From the NCBI GenBank assembly GCA_963662665.2, contig CAXXJS010000034.1, positions 1-63,873 of the forward strand: a DNA stretch of 63,873 nucleotides, given 5' to 3'. The notes below the pieces were generated by a model. The model was not told the origin of the DNA. It saw nothing but the letters and a program-made list of their open reading frames with translations, and ran no database searches. Below, one piece after another: positions 9,074 through 18,407 of this stretch (positions are counted from its first letter, which is position 1; every line of letters begins with the position of its first letter). This stretch comes from Candidatus Latescibacterota bacterium (GTDB lineage: Bacteria > Latescibacterota > UBA2968 > GCA-2709665). The translations under genes were made by a program, and so were the position numbers.

Positions 9074-11152
9074 ATGCCCTTAGACCTGTTACTGATTCCT
9101 GTTTTGCCGCTTGTGGCCTTTGCTTTACAGACGTTCTGGGGGCGGCGCCTGCCCCGTGGGGGCGATTGGGTACCCCTGGCCGCCATTTCCATCGCATTTC
9201 TTCTTTCTCTCCGTTATTTCGTCCAGGCGCTTTCGGCCTACGATCCGGGCTGGCGCCTCGAGCTCGATTCGTGGGTCTGGCTCGATCTCGGCGCCGCGAA
9301 GATCACCGTTGGCCTGCTTGTCGACAATATAACCGCCGTGATGTTGATGGTTGTAACGGTCGTGAGTGGACTGGTGCACCTGTATTCTGTTGGTTATATG
9401 CATGGAGACCCGCGTTATTCCCGGTTTTTCGGGTTTCTGGCGATTTTTTCGTTTTCGATGCTGGGTCTGGTTCTGGTCGACAACTTCCTGCTACTCTACG
9501 TGTTCTGGGAACTCGTGGGGCTTTCTTCCTATCTGCTGATCGGATTCTGGTACGAAAAACCTTCCGCGGCGGCGGCGTGCAAGAAAGCATTTCTGGTGAA
9601 CCGCGTAGGCGACCTGGGCTTTTTCGTGGGTATAATGATCGTGTTCTGGAAGGTCGGCGCGTTCGACTTCGCAAGTGTATACGACGGGGTTGCCGGCGGG
9701 AGGCTCAGCGGGGGACTGCTGACGGTTGCGGGCCTTTGTCTGTTCTGCGGCGCGGTTGGCAAGTCGGCGCAGTTTCCGCTGCACGTCTGGTTGCCGGACG
9801 CTATGGAAGGGCCAACGCCCGTCAGCGCGCTGATCCATGCGGCAACCATGGTTGCCGCCGGTGTGTATATGGTCACGAGGATGTTTCCGATCCTGACGCC
9901 CGACGCGCTGGTCGTAATCGCCTACATCGGAGCAATTACCGCAATCCTGGGCGCAACCATCGCCGTGGCCCAGTATGACATCAAGCGCGTCCTGGCCTAT
10001 TCGACCATCAGCCAGTTGGGTTATATGATCATGGGTTTGGGCGTTGGCGCATACGTGGCGGGATTTTTTCACCTGATGACGCACGCGGCTTTCAAGGCAT
10101 GCCTTTTTCTCGGATCGGGCAGCGTCATCCACGCGGTGGAGCACGCGTTCCACAGGACGCATAACGGCAACGACCCGCAGGATATGAGAAATATGGGCGG
10201 GTTGCGGTCCAAGATGCCGCTGACCTTCTGGACTTTTCTTATCGCGACCGTGGCTCTGGCAGGTGTACCGTTTACGTCGGGGTTTCTCAGCAAAGACGCA
10301 ATACTGGCGGGGGCGCTGGGATTCGGCGGATTTTCCCGTCCGGTGCATTTCCTGCTGCCCCTGTTCGGGTTTGCCGCCGCCGGTCTGACGGCCTTCTACA
10401 TGTTCCGGCTGATCTTTCTTACATTCTACGGAAAGCCGAGGGAGAAGTCTCTCGTGGAACACGCCCACGAATCTCCTGGCGTGATGACCGTTCCGTTGAT
10501 TGTGCTGGCGGTGCTGAGTATCTGGATCTTCTATGCCTGGAACCCGCTGGGAGGAGAGGGCTGGTTTCACCGTCTCGTGAAGGCGCCTGAAGCCGGGCTG
10601 CTTGCGGCCCGCGGCGAGCCGTTGCCCATTGGAACCGAGGTTGAGGTTTACGCGGCCGGCTCCGGAAACGACGCGGCGCACGCGGCGCACTACCCTGCGA
10701 TGATCCTGTCTATACTGGTTGCCGGCGCGGGGATTTACACGGCCTATCGGAAGTACTACAATCGGCGGGAGGAAATGATCGCGCTGGAGGAAGCATCGCT
10801 TCAGTCGGGCGGGTTCTTCCGCACGTTGAACCGGAAGTGGTATTTCGATGAAATCTACGAAGCCAGTTTTGTCCGCGCCATAATGGTCGGGCGAACGGCG
10901 TTGAACTGGTTCGACGCCCACGTCGTGGACGGCCTCGTGAATCTGTCGGCCACGGTGACCAGGGGTATTTCATTCATTGATCGATTGTTTGACGAATGGG
11001 TGGTCGACGGGCTTGTGAACGCCGTTGCCGGGGTGATCAGGTGGGCAGGTGCAGGGCTGAGACACATTCAGACCGGCCGCCTTCAGACCTATATTGTTCT
11101 GGTGATGGCGGGCATTCTCGTCCTCATGTTGATCCGATTGATGGCTGCTTGA
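9074..11152 (+). CDS. nuoL: NADH-quinone oxidoreductase subunit L
   Basis: WELVGLSSYLLIGFW, KSAQFPLHVWLPDAMEGPTPVSALIHAATMVAAG, long amphipathic C-terminal helix. Confidence 0.97.
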   Translation: MPLDLLLIPVLPLVAFALQTFWGRRLPRGGDWVPLAAISIAFLLSLRYFVQALSAYDPGWRLELDSWVWLDLGAAKITVGLLVDNITAVMLMVVTVVSGLVHLYSVGYMHGDPRYSRFFGFLAIFSFSMLGLVLVDNFLLLYVFWELVGLSSYLLIGFWYEKPSAAAACKKAFLVNRVGDLGFFVGIMIVFWKVGAFDFASVYDGVAGGRLSGGLLTVAGLCLFCGAVGKSAQFPLHVWLPDAMEGPTPVSALIHAATMVAAGVYMVTRMFPILTPDALVVIAYIGAITAILGATIAVAQYDIKRVLAYSTISQLGYMIMGLGVGAYVAGFFHLMTHAAFKACLFLGSGSVIHAVEHAFHRTHNGNDPQDMRNMGGLRSKMPLTFWTFLIATVALAGVPFTSGFLSKDAILAGALGFGGFSRPVHFLLPLFGFAAAGLTAFYMFRLIFLTFYGKPREKSLVEHAHESPGVMTVPLIVLAVLSIWIFYAWNPLGGEGWFHRLVKAPEAGLLAARGEPLPIGTEVEVYAAGSGNDAAHAAHYPAMILSILVAGAGIYTAYRKYYNRREEMIALEEASLQSGGFFRTLNRKWYFDEIYEASFVRAIMVGRTALNWFDAHVVDGLVNLSATVTRGISFIDRLFDEWVVDGLVNAVAGVIRWAGAGLRHIQTGRLQTYIVLVMAGILVLMLIRLMAA

Positions 11153-11232
11153 AATCCCGCAATTGGCCAAAGGCGGGGCGGTCCGCCTGACGCCTCGTGA
11201 CGAACGACACTGATGAGGGAGGTAGCCGACAG

Positions 11233-12810
11233 ATGGCTCAATGGATTCTGACGCTTTTAACGTTTATTCCAGTACTGGGTGCGGTGGTAATCCTGCTGAT
11301 ACCCGGGCGGGCGGTCGATGCGATTCGCCGGGTTGCGCTGGCTGCGACCGGGCTCTGCCTTCTGCTGGCGATCTGGTTGTTTCAGGATTTCGATCGGTCC
11401 ATACCCGATATGCAATACGAAGTGCGCCTGCCCTGGATCGAGTCGTTCAATATTCAATATTATATGGGCATAGACGGTCTGAGCGTTTCGATGGTGCTGT
11501 TGACGGCGCTGCTGGGTTTCCTGTGCGTTCCCGCCTCCTGGGCCATCAACCGCGGGGCGAAGGGATATTTCGCGCTGTTTCTGCTGCTTGAAACCGGCAT
11601 GCAGGGTGTGTTCGTGTCGCTCGATTTCTTTCTGTTCTACGTTTTCTGGGAAGTGATGCTGTTGCCGATGTATTTCCTGATCGGGATCTGGGGAGGTCCA
11701 AGAAAGGAATATGCCGCAATTAAGTTCTTTCTGTACACATTGGCCGGGAGCGTATTGTTATTGCTGGTGATGCTGGCGTTTTACTTTAATGTCACCGATC
11801 CCGAAACCGGGAAACATACGTTCAATATGCTGGTGATGATGGATCAGGCCAATCATTCGGAATGGCTTCGCGCAGGGATGATTTTCGGTTATTCGGCCCC
11901 GGTAATGATCTGGTTTGCCATGTTTATCGGTTTCGCCATAAAGGTGCCGCTGTTTCCATTTCACACGTGGCTTCCCGACGCCCACGTGGAAGCGCCTACG
12001 GCCATCAGCGTGATTCTGGCAGGGGTACTGCTGAAAATGGGTACGTACGGTATTCTGAGGTTCAACTACCCGATGTTGCCCGATGTTACACGCGACTTCA
12101 GCTATTTTCTGGCCGTGATCGGGGTCATTAACATTATCTATGGCGCGCTCGTGGCACTGGCGCAGTCAGATCTAAAGAAACTGGTGGCGTATTCCAGCAT
12201 CAGTCATATGGGATTTGTGATGCTCGGTATGTCGTCGTTTACGCCCCACGGCATCAACGGGGCGGTATTTCAGATGTTCAACCACGGAACCATCACGGCG
12301 ATGTTGTTTCTGCTCGTGGGCGTCATTTACGATCGGGCTCACCACCGGTATATTGTTTATCCCAACGATTATGAAGATCCGGACCTGCGCGGCAAACCGG
12401 GGTTCGGCGGGCTGTGGTCGCACATGCCCGTGTATGGCAGTCTGACGATGGTGGCATACTTCGCCGCGCTGGGACTGCCGGGTCTCTCAGGGTTTATCAG
12501 CGAAGCCCTATGCTTTCTGGGTGCATTCCAGGTCCATCGTACGATGACAATCCTGGGCACGCTGGGGGTGCTTCTGGGTGCGGCGTACATGCTCTGGGCT
12601 TTTCAGCGTCTGTTCATGGGGCCGTTTAACGAACGGTGGAAAGATCTGCCGGAGATCAACGGCCGCGAGATTTTCAGCCTTGCGCCACTGGCGGTCATCG
12701 TCATTGTTCTCGGTATCTATCCCGCACCCGTGCTGGACCTGCTGGCCCAATCTCTTGGAGAACTCGTTAAGGATCTTAACGTACCGGTTATGTCTGCAAT
12801 GCAGCGATAG
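11233..12810 (+). CDS. nuoM: NADH-quinone oxidoreductase subunit M
   Basis: FYVFWEVMLLPMYFLIGIWGG, KVPLFPFHTWLPDAHVEAPT, LLKMGTYG. Start at ATG 11233 (GGAGG RBS) preferred over GTG 11197. Confidence 0.96.
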   Translation: MAQWILTLLTFIPVLGAVVILLIPGRAVDAIRRVALAATGLCLLLAIWLFQDFDRSIPDMQYEVRLPWIESFNIQYYMGIDGLSVSMVLLTALLGFLCVPASWAINRGAKGYFALFLLLETGMQGVFVSLDFFLFYVFWEVMLLPMYFLIGIWGGPRKEYAAIKFFLYTLAGSVLLLLVMLAFYFNVTDPETGKHTFNMLVMMDQANHSEWLRAGMIFGYSAPVMIWFAMFIGFAIKVPLFPFHTWLPDAHVEAPTAISVILAGVLLKMGTYGILRFNYPMLPDVTRDFSYFLAVIGVINIIYGALVALAQSDLKKLVAYSSISHMGFVMLGMSSFTPHGINGAVFQMFNHGTITAMLFLLVGVIYDRAHHRYIVYPNDYEDPDLRGKPGFGGLWSHMPVYGSLTMVAYFAALGLPGLSGFISEALCFLGAFQVHRTMTILGTLGVLLGAAYMLWAFQRLFMGPFNERWKDLPEINGREIFSLAPLAVIVIVLGIYPAPVLDLLAQSLGELVKDLNVPVMSAMQR

Positions 12811-12882
12811 GCGCCTGACAGACAGTCCGATTCCCCGGCCTTCGGTGGGACCGGGTCCGTCACCGATGGGAGGAACGACCTT

Positions 12883-14412
12883 TTGACCGAGGTCATAAGA
12901 AACGCGGTCGCAGTGAATCTCGACGGCCTGCAGTATATCTGGCCGGAGATCATCATCACGGTTGCAATTATAGGAATTGTGACCGCCGATCTGATCCTGA
13001 CCGGAAAGAAGAAGGCAATATTGACGGGTCTGTCGCTTCTGGCACTTGTGGTATGCCTGATTTCGATCGCCGATTTGTACGACGTGGCGCCCAGATCGTT
13101 GTTTATGGGCATGATCGCTCTGGATGGTTTTGCCCTGTTCTTCAAGCTTCTGATTGTGATTACAACCCTCGTGGTCACACTGTTCGGATTGCAGTCGCGG
13201 GACATCGACGCCGACAGGATCGGTGAATTCTATGCGCTCTTTCTCTCGGTCGCCCTGGGCGGCTTCCTGATGGCCGGCGCCACGAATCTGCTAATGATGT
13301 ACCTCGCGCTCGAACTGGTCAGTCTGCCGTCCTATGTGCTTGCCGGCTATCAGAAAAGGGTGCGGCGATCCAACGAGGCGGCGCTGAAATACGTCGTATA
13401 CGGCGGGGTGTCATCGGGCATCATGCTGTATGGATTTTCCCTGATCTACGGATTGACGGGAACGCTGGACATCTACGGGATTGCGGCTCGTCTGGGAACC
13501 ACGGAGCCGTACGAGCTGACGTTGTTTCTGGGTGCGACGCTCGCGATGGCAGGGTTCGGCTACAAGGTGGCTTCGGTCCCGTTTCACTTCTGGTGCCCCG
13601 ACGTATACGAGGGTGCGCCAACACCCGTGACGGCGTTTTTCTCGGTTGCTCCCAAGGCGGTTGGTTTCGCCATGCTGGCGCGGTTTTTTTACGTAGGACT
13701 GTCCGCTTACGATGGCACTTCGGGTACCGGAACCACGCTGGGTGTGGCATGGCCGCAGCTGCTCGCCCTCATTTCGGCCTTTACGATGACGCTGGGCAAT
13801 CTAACGGCCATTTGGCAGCGAAACCTGAAGAGGCTGCTGGCGTACTCCAGTATTGCCCACGCGGGATATATGATGATGGGCGTGGTAATGTTGTCGTCGG
13901 CGGGACTCAAGGCAGTGATGTTCTATGCGGGTGCGTATCTGTTCATGAATCTTGGCGCGTTTCTGGTTGTTTTGCTGCTGGCCGAGACAATTGGAAGTGA
14001 GGATATCGAGGATTACAGGGGAATGGGGTGGCGATCACCCTGGATCGCGCTGACAATGTCCGCGTTTCTGTTTTCGCTCACCGGATTGCCCCCAACGGCA
14101 GGGTTTGTAGGAAAGGTGTATCTGTTCGCCGCCGTGGTCGATGGCGGGCTCTACTGGCTGGCTGTGGTAGGTGCGTTAAACAGCGCGGTTTCCTTGTATT
14201 ATTATGCGAGGGTCGTGCGCGCAATGTACCTTGAGAGGCCCACCTCAGATGCGCCGGTCAAGATTTCCCGGTTCGCTACCGCGACCCTTGCGGTATTGTT
14301 TGCCGGAACCCTTTTGTTCGGCGTCTACTGGGCGCCGCTGGCCGATTTGGCCGAAGCGTCAACGGCGATCTTTTTGAACGGAGATGGCGCAGTTCAGGCA
14401 TTGTTGCGGTAA
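12883..14412 (+). CDS. nuoN: NADH-quinone oxidoreductase subunit N
   Basis: EAALKY, KVASVPFHFWCPDVYEGAPTPVT, KRLLAYSSIAHAGY; TTG start with GGAGG RBS. Confidence 0.96.
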   Translation: MTEVIRNAVAVNLDGLQYIWPEIIITVAIIGIVTADLILTGKKKAILTGLSLLALVVCLISIADLYDVAPRSLFMGMIALDGFALFFKLLIVITTLVVTLFGLQSRDIDADRIGEFYALFLSVALGGFLMAGATNLLMMYLALELVSLPSYVLAGYQKRVRRSNEAALKYVVYGGVSSGIMLYGFSLIYGLTGTLDIYGIAARLGTTEPYELTLFLGATLAMAGFGYKVASVPFHFWCPDVYEGAPTPVTAFFSVAPKAVGFAMLARFFYVGLSAYDGTSGTGTTLGVAWPQLLALISAFTMTLGNLTAIWQRNLKRLLAYSSIAHAGYMMMGVVMLSSAGLKAVMFYAGAYLFMNLGAFLVVLLLAETIGSEDIEDYRGMGWRSPWIALTMSAFLFSLTGLPPTAGFVGKVYLFAAVVDGGLYWLAVVGALNSAVSLYYYARVVRAMYLERPTSDAPVKISRFATATLAVLFAGTLLFGVYWAPLADLAEASTAIFLNGDGAVQALLR

Positions 14413-14491
14413 ACGCATGCGTGGGTCTGATGAATGGCGCCAGTGTGCGCCGGACGGCAGGGGACCCCATGCGGATTTCCCGAAAAACACG

Positions 14492-14528
14492 ATAAGGGCC
14501 CCGCGGCGTTGTATCGCGGGGCCCTTAT
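14492..14528. terminator. Hairpin between convergent nuoN and PqqD-like gene (probable terminator)
   Basis: 14-bp perfect inverted repeat ATAAGGGCCCCGCG / CGCGGGGCCCTTAT. Confidence 0.7.
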
Positions 14529-14551
14529 TCATTGGGTCGTGAATTGGAACT

Positions 14552-14977
14552 CTAACCCCATGCTTTTCCGCTGGCGCGTCTCTTCTTTTTCCGAAGGTCG
14601 CTTTTCTCAACCAGAAACCCGAGGAGATTCTTGCGTCCGAGGGTTCTCAGATAGCTTAAGAGAGAAATTTCGGCTTCTTTTGCATTGAGCTTGTGGGTTT
14701 CGCACAGGCGTTTTATCATTGCAGCCACCGTTGTGCGTCCGTCGCACATCTTCCATACCTGAGAGCCGATTTCATCCAGTACCAACGTCCGTTTTTCCGG
14801 TACCCAGAAGATCTTGGAAATGATCTTGACTTTGGTGGTATCTGCGCGCCTTAGCGTGATGGCCACTTCGTCGTCCTTGTTCGTTTTCCATTCCAACTGG
14901 CTGTTCCGCGTTGGTTTGGAGTTGAACATCGCCTCTCGGCTGATCTTGGGCTGTCTCTTTTTTGAAAACAACGCCAT
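14552..14977 (-). CDS. PqqD-family / RiPP recognition element-like protein
   Basis: LVLDEIGSQVWKMCDGRTTVAAMIKRLCETHKL...LLSYLRTLGRKNLL matches the PqqD pattern (LDxxGxxVWxxCDGxxTV...L); AGGA RBS. Confidence 0.8.
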   Translation of the reverse strand: MALFSKKRQPKISREAMFNSKPTRNSQLEWKTNKDDEVAITLRRADTTKVKIISKIFWVPEKRTLVLDEIGSQVWKMCDGRTTVAAMIKRLCETHKLNAKEAEISLLSYLRTLGRKNLLGFLVEKSDLRKKKRRASGKAWG

Positions 14978-15034
14978 TTAGCTTCCTGAGGTTATCAGTC
15001 CGTTGATAGAGTCGCTCTGCAGGCGGGCCGACGG

Positions 15035-16003
15035 TCAGGCAATTCCACTATCCGCGGCGGATTCACGGTGGCAGACAACGGCGCGCCGGGCATTTTCGAT
15101 ATCCGGCGCGTCCTTCTGCTTTTTGTAGAAGGTGTGGACTGCGTATATTTTGTTCACGTCGTCACAGGTCCAGACACGGGCTTCCATATTCAAACGCGGT
15201 CTGGTATTCCAGAAGGGGAGGGGCATCAGCAACCCCCGCCAGCGGCTCTTGGGTTTTCCACGGACGGTCAGACCAACGTGTTCCCCGATCTTTGTCTCGT
15301 GAGCATCCAGATTGACGTGCCGCAGATTCTTACGAAAGAATTCCTGGTACCAGTCCAGCAGGGTGCGCTTCTTCAGGAGCACTTTGGCGAGGCTAAGCCG
15401 GTCGAACTGCAGAATATCCCGGCCGTGTTGAAAACAGAGCCGAAGGTGTCCGGATTTCAGGTCGTAGGTTTCAAGAAAGTACTGCGGGGGCGATGAACAT
15501 ACGAGATCGTATAACGACCACGTCCGGTCCCGGTCCGGTGCCGTATCCCGGATTGAATTCAGAATTCTGCGGATATTGTCTCCGGCGTCCTCGTCAAGCC
15601 TTGTCCGTATCTTAAAGAAGAAAAGCCGGTCTGACGCTGCGCTGTAGAACGCCAACGAGTGGATTCGGTACTCGGCTTGCCACGCGAAAAAGACTGGTGA
15701 ACAGACATCGGGCAATTCAAGCCATGCCGCGTCGAGAGCGCGTTCGACGTTAAGGCCTTTCTTTTCCTTGCGGGCGCTCTCGGCGAGTCCGTTCACGAAG
15801 CGGTCCACAATTGGGGCGACCCGCGTGTCGCCGCGGGCATCCTTCCACTCGATGTCCAGCCTGGCGAGCGTGGGATCGTCCAGACGTACGCTGCCGGTTT
15901 TGAAGTCGCCGACAATCTTGCCGGGATTCCACTCCAGGGGCACCTCGAGGGTCAGGCCGTGCCATCCGAACAGGGACCAGTCTGAATAACGCAAAGATTT
16001 CAC
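15035..16003 (-). CDS. Hypothetical protein with internal two-domain repeat, co-transcribed with the PqqD-like gene
   Basis: GTG 16003 with AAGGGGT RBS; the track start 16075 lies on the -35 box. The halves begin WSLFGWHGLTLEVP...GSVRL and WSLYDLVCSSP...GHLRL. Confidence 0.75.
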   Translation of the reverse strand: MKSLRYSDWSLFGWHGLTLEVPLEWNPGKIVGDFKTGSVRLDDPTLARLDIEWKDARGDTRVAPIVDRFVNGLAESARKEKKGLNVERALDAAWLELPDVCSPVFFAWQAEYRIHSLAFYSAASDRLFFFKIRTRLDEDAGDNIRRILNSIRDTAPDRDRTWSLYDLVCSSPPQYFLETYDLKSGHLRLCFQHGRDILQFDRLSLAKVLLKKRTLLDWYQEFFRKNLRHVNLDAHETKIGEHVGLTVRGKPKSRWRGLLMPLPFWNTRPRLNMEARVWTCDDVNKIYAVHTFYKKQKDAPDIENARRAVVCHRESAADSGIA

Positions 16004-16047
16004 GTAACGCCACCCCTTACCCAATTGTACGATGCGCCGAATGGATA

Positions 16048-16075
16048 AATATACGTAACCCGTCACACCTGTCAA
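16048..16075 (-). promoter_or_regulatory. Putative sigma70 promoter for hypothetical/PqqD pair
   Basis: TTGACA (16075-16070), 16 nt spacer, TATATT (16053-16048). Confidence 0.55.
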
Positions 16076-16232
16076 GCACTTTGTCGTTCAACTAAGTATA
16101 GGTTTTGCAGGTAGTTGCAATAGGTCTTCGTGGGAGGATCGCGTGAATTTCCAATTTGGGGGCGGTTCGTGTTCAGTGACGTATTTAACTTTTCGGCGGC
16201 CGGGCATCGGGCTGAACCATACAAAACATGTA

Positions 16233-16261
16233 TTGACGAATGAACTAATGTTCACTATATT
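16233..16261 (+). promoter_or_regulatory. lexA promoter with embedded SOS box (TGAAC-TAAT-GTTCA, 16241-16254)
   Basis: TTGACG, 17 nt spacer, TATATT; a perfect GAAC-N4-GTTC palindrome sits in the spacer. Confidence 0.8.
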
Positions 16262-16360
16262 CAAATGAGCACGTACCGTCGTTTAAAGCCTTTCTGTTAG
16301 GGAACACGACGGGTTCGTTTTGTGCATGAGGGAGGCGGTTGGCATTTCAGGAGGTGCGTG

Positions 16361-16990
16361 ATGCGTCAGAGACTGACGGACAGACAGAGGGAAATTTACG
16401 AATTTATCGCCCGGACGATCCGAGATGGCGGCGCTCCCCCAACAATTCGGGAAACCATGGACGCGTTCAACATCGCTTCCACCAACGGCGTGCGAACCAC
16501 GCTGGCCGCGCTGGAGAAAAAGGGATACATCCGGAGGCGCCCAATGGTCTCCCGTGGAATAGAGCTTACGGACTATGTCGAACGCGACATTCCCGGGGTA
16601 ACCGAGTCACGAGAGGTACCCGTTATTGGCAGGGTGGCTGCCGGTGAGCCCGTCCTGGCAACCGAAAACGTTGAGAGCACGGTGGCTGTAGACCGTTCCT
16701 TTTTGCCGTCCGAAGACGTTTTCTTACTCCGCGTCAACGGCGAGAGCATGCGAGATGCGGGCATTCTCGACGGTGACTACGTGCTGGCGCGGCAGCAGGA
16801 AACGGCGAATCCGGGTGAGATTGTGGTGGCGGTGATTGGAGAGGAGGCGACCGTGAAGCGGTATTTCCCGGAGGCGGGGCGGGTAAGGCTTACACCGGAA
16901 AACGATGCGTTCGAAGCCATCGTGGTGCATCCGGGCAGGGAAGAGTTCCGAATTGCAGGCAAAATTGTGGGTCTGATGCGTCGGTTCTGA
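16361..16990 (+). CDS. lexA: SOS repressor LexA
   Basis: LTDRQREIYEFI...PPTIRE HTH, GRVAAGEP cleavage site, GESM catalytic Ser, TVKR catalytic Lys; AGGAGG RBS. Confidence 0.97.
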   Translation: MRQRLTDRQREIYEFIARTIRDGGAPPTIRETMDAFNIASTNGVRTTLAALEKKGYIRRRPMVSRGIELTDYVERDIPGVTESREVPVIGRVAAGEPVLATENVESTVAVDRSFLPSEDVFLLRVNGESMRDAGILDGDYVLARQQETANPGEIVVAVIGEEATVKRYFPEAGRVRLTPENDAFEAIVVHPGREEFRIAGKIVGLMRRF

Positions 16991-17018
16991 GGAAATAGGC
17001 TAGGTTCCGAATATTCCG

Positions 17019-17046
17019 CCCCCTTGATCCTCAAGGGGGTTTTTTT
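17019..17046 (+). terminator. Rho-independent terminator of lexA
   Basis: CCCCCTTGA-TCC-TCAAGGGGG followed by T7. Confidence 0.85.
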
Positions 17047-17165
17047 GCGTCTGCCCGATTCCTCTCGCGTGGCGCGTATGGTCCAATGCGCTCACCTTTT
17101 CACCTGCGGGATGCAACCCGGGCGATCAGACAACCTGGTGTCTCGGGCTGTTTTTGCCAATTTCC

Positions 17166-18287
17166 TCATCCGGATTGAACCAGCTTCTGGATGAAGCGTT
17201 TGCCAGACAACTGCGCCACCAGTCCCGCCAGTTCCAGACCCAACAGTACCGAAAGCGCGCTCGCGGCCGGCATTTCGGAACGCTCGGAAATGGCGTCGAT
17301 GTGGGACGGCACGTCGGCAGACAGGCTGTCAAAGACTTGGCGTTCCGTTTTCGACAGTTCTACCTGGGCTGCCGCCGTGTGCGTGCGGGGATATTTCAAC
17401 TGAAGTTGCGTCAGGTGTGGACGAAGTTCATCCAGAATGTCGTCGACCGATTGTACCAGAACGGCGCCCTGCCTGATCAGCCGGTTTGTGCCGCGGCTTC
17501 GGCCCGAATGAACCGGTCCGGGAATGGCGAAGACCTCCCGATTCTGCTCAAGAGCCAGCCGGGCGGTTATTAACGCGCCGCTGCGGTCACCCGCTTCGAT
17601 GACCACAACGCCGAGGCTTAGTCCGCTGATAATTCTGTTTCGCCGCGGAAAGTTATGGGCTTGCGCGGATGCGCCCATAGGGAATTCGGATAGGGTGGCG
17701 CCTGTCTCATTGATGACATGAAACAACTCTTTGTTTTGGGGAGGATACGGCCTGTCCAACCCGCTGCCCAGTACAGCCACGGTGAATCCGCGTTCGGCAA
17801 GCGCACCCCGGTGGGCGTGGGTATCGATGCCCGTGGCCAGCCCGCTGACCACGGTAATGCCGCGTCTGACCAGTTCTCCCGAGATCTGATAGGCGATATC
17901 TCGCCCGTAGGTGGTGAAAGATCGGGACCCGACGATCGCCACGGTAGGAAACGCACACGTGTTAATGTCTCCAAGCACATACAGGATGGGCGGCGGGGCA
18001 TAGGTCTGCAGGAGATAAGCGGGATAGTCGGGGCTCTGCAGAGTTAACAGGTGAACGCGCGCTTCCCCGGCGCGTCGCAACTGCTCTTCGGCCCAGGACG
18101 GGTCGGTCGCCGCATGGATGGCACCCGCGAGTTCGGGACCGATTCCTGGCACGGCGCACAGACGTGTGCGTTTTGCCTTCAAGACGGCTCCCGGGCTGCA
18201 GAAATGGCGTAACAGTTCGGCAAACGCAACGGGTCCCAGTCCCGAGACCGAATGAAGTGTCAACCAGTCCAGTATATCGTTGGGCAT
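17166..18287 (-). CDS. dprA: DNA-processing protein DprA
   Basis: VAIVGSR, VVSGLATGIDTHAHRGAL, NFPRRNRIISGLS, SGALITARLALEQNREVFAIPG, C-terminal wHTH. True start is MPNDILDW at 18287; the 625-aa track ORF is over-extended. Confidence 0.96.
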   Translation of the reverse strand: MPNDILDWLTLHSVSGLGPVAFAELLRHFCSPGAVLKAKRTRLCAVPGIGPELAGAIHAATDPSWAEEQLRRAGEARVHLLTLQSPDYPAYLLQTYAPPPILYVLGDINTCAFPTVAIVGSRSFTTYGRDIAYQISGELVRRGITVVSGLATGIDTHAHRGALAERGFTVAVLGSGLDRPYPPQNKELFHVINETGATLSEFPMGASAQAHNFPRRNRIISGLSLGVVVIEAGDRSGALITARLALEQNREVFAIPGPVHSGRSRGTNRLIRQGAVLVQSVDDILDELRPHLTQLQLKYPRTHTAAAQVELSKTERQVFDSLSADVPSHIDAISERSEMPAASALSVLLGLELAGLVAQLSGKRFIQKLVQSG

Positions 18288-18365
18288 CGTATCCGGAAAA
18301 GTTCGGCGCACCGCAATGGGTCGACGGCAGCCGTGTGTGTGTTTGACAGTTTCTCTGAGTCGGTA

Positions 18366-18381
18366 CGCAAAACAAGTACCA
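18366..18381 (-). promoter_or_regulatory. Putative sigma54 (-24/-12) promoter upstream of dprA
   Basis: Minus strand TGGTAC-TTGTT-TTGCG with GG-N10-GC spacing, about 80 nt before the dprA ATG. Confidence 0.45.
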
Positions 18382-18383
18382 GC

Positions 18384-18407
18384 AAAAAAAACTCCGGTTT
18401 TGCCGGA
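18384..18407 (-). terminator. Putative terminator after obgE
   Basis: Minus strand TCCGG-CAAAA-CCGGA-G-T8. Confidence 0.5.

Noticed and set aside
9491-10921. Long antisense ORFs (also 59488-61005, 31861-32895, 21310-22161, 785-1678)
   Set aside because: These are shadow ORFs opposite well-conserved genes, expected from codon bias at high GC, with no recognisable motifs.
17110-17121. 12-mer GATGCAACCCGG, inverted copy at 31708-31719
   Set aside because: Too short to exceed chance in 64 kb, and the flanks do not extend.
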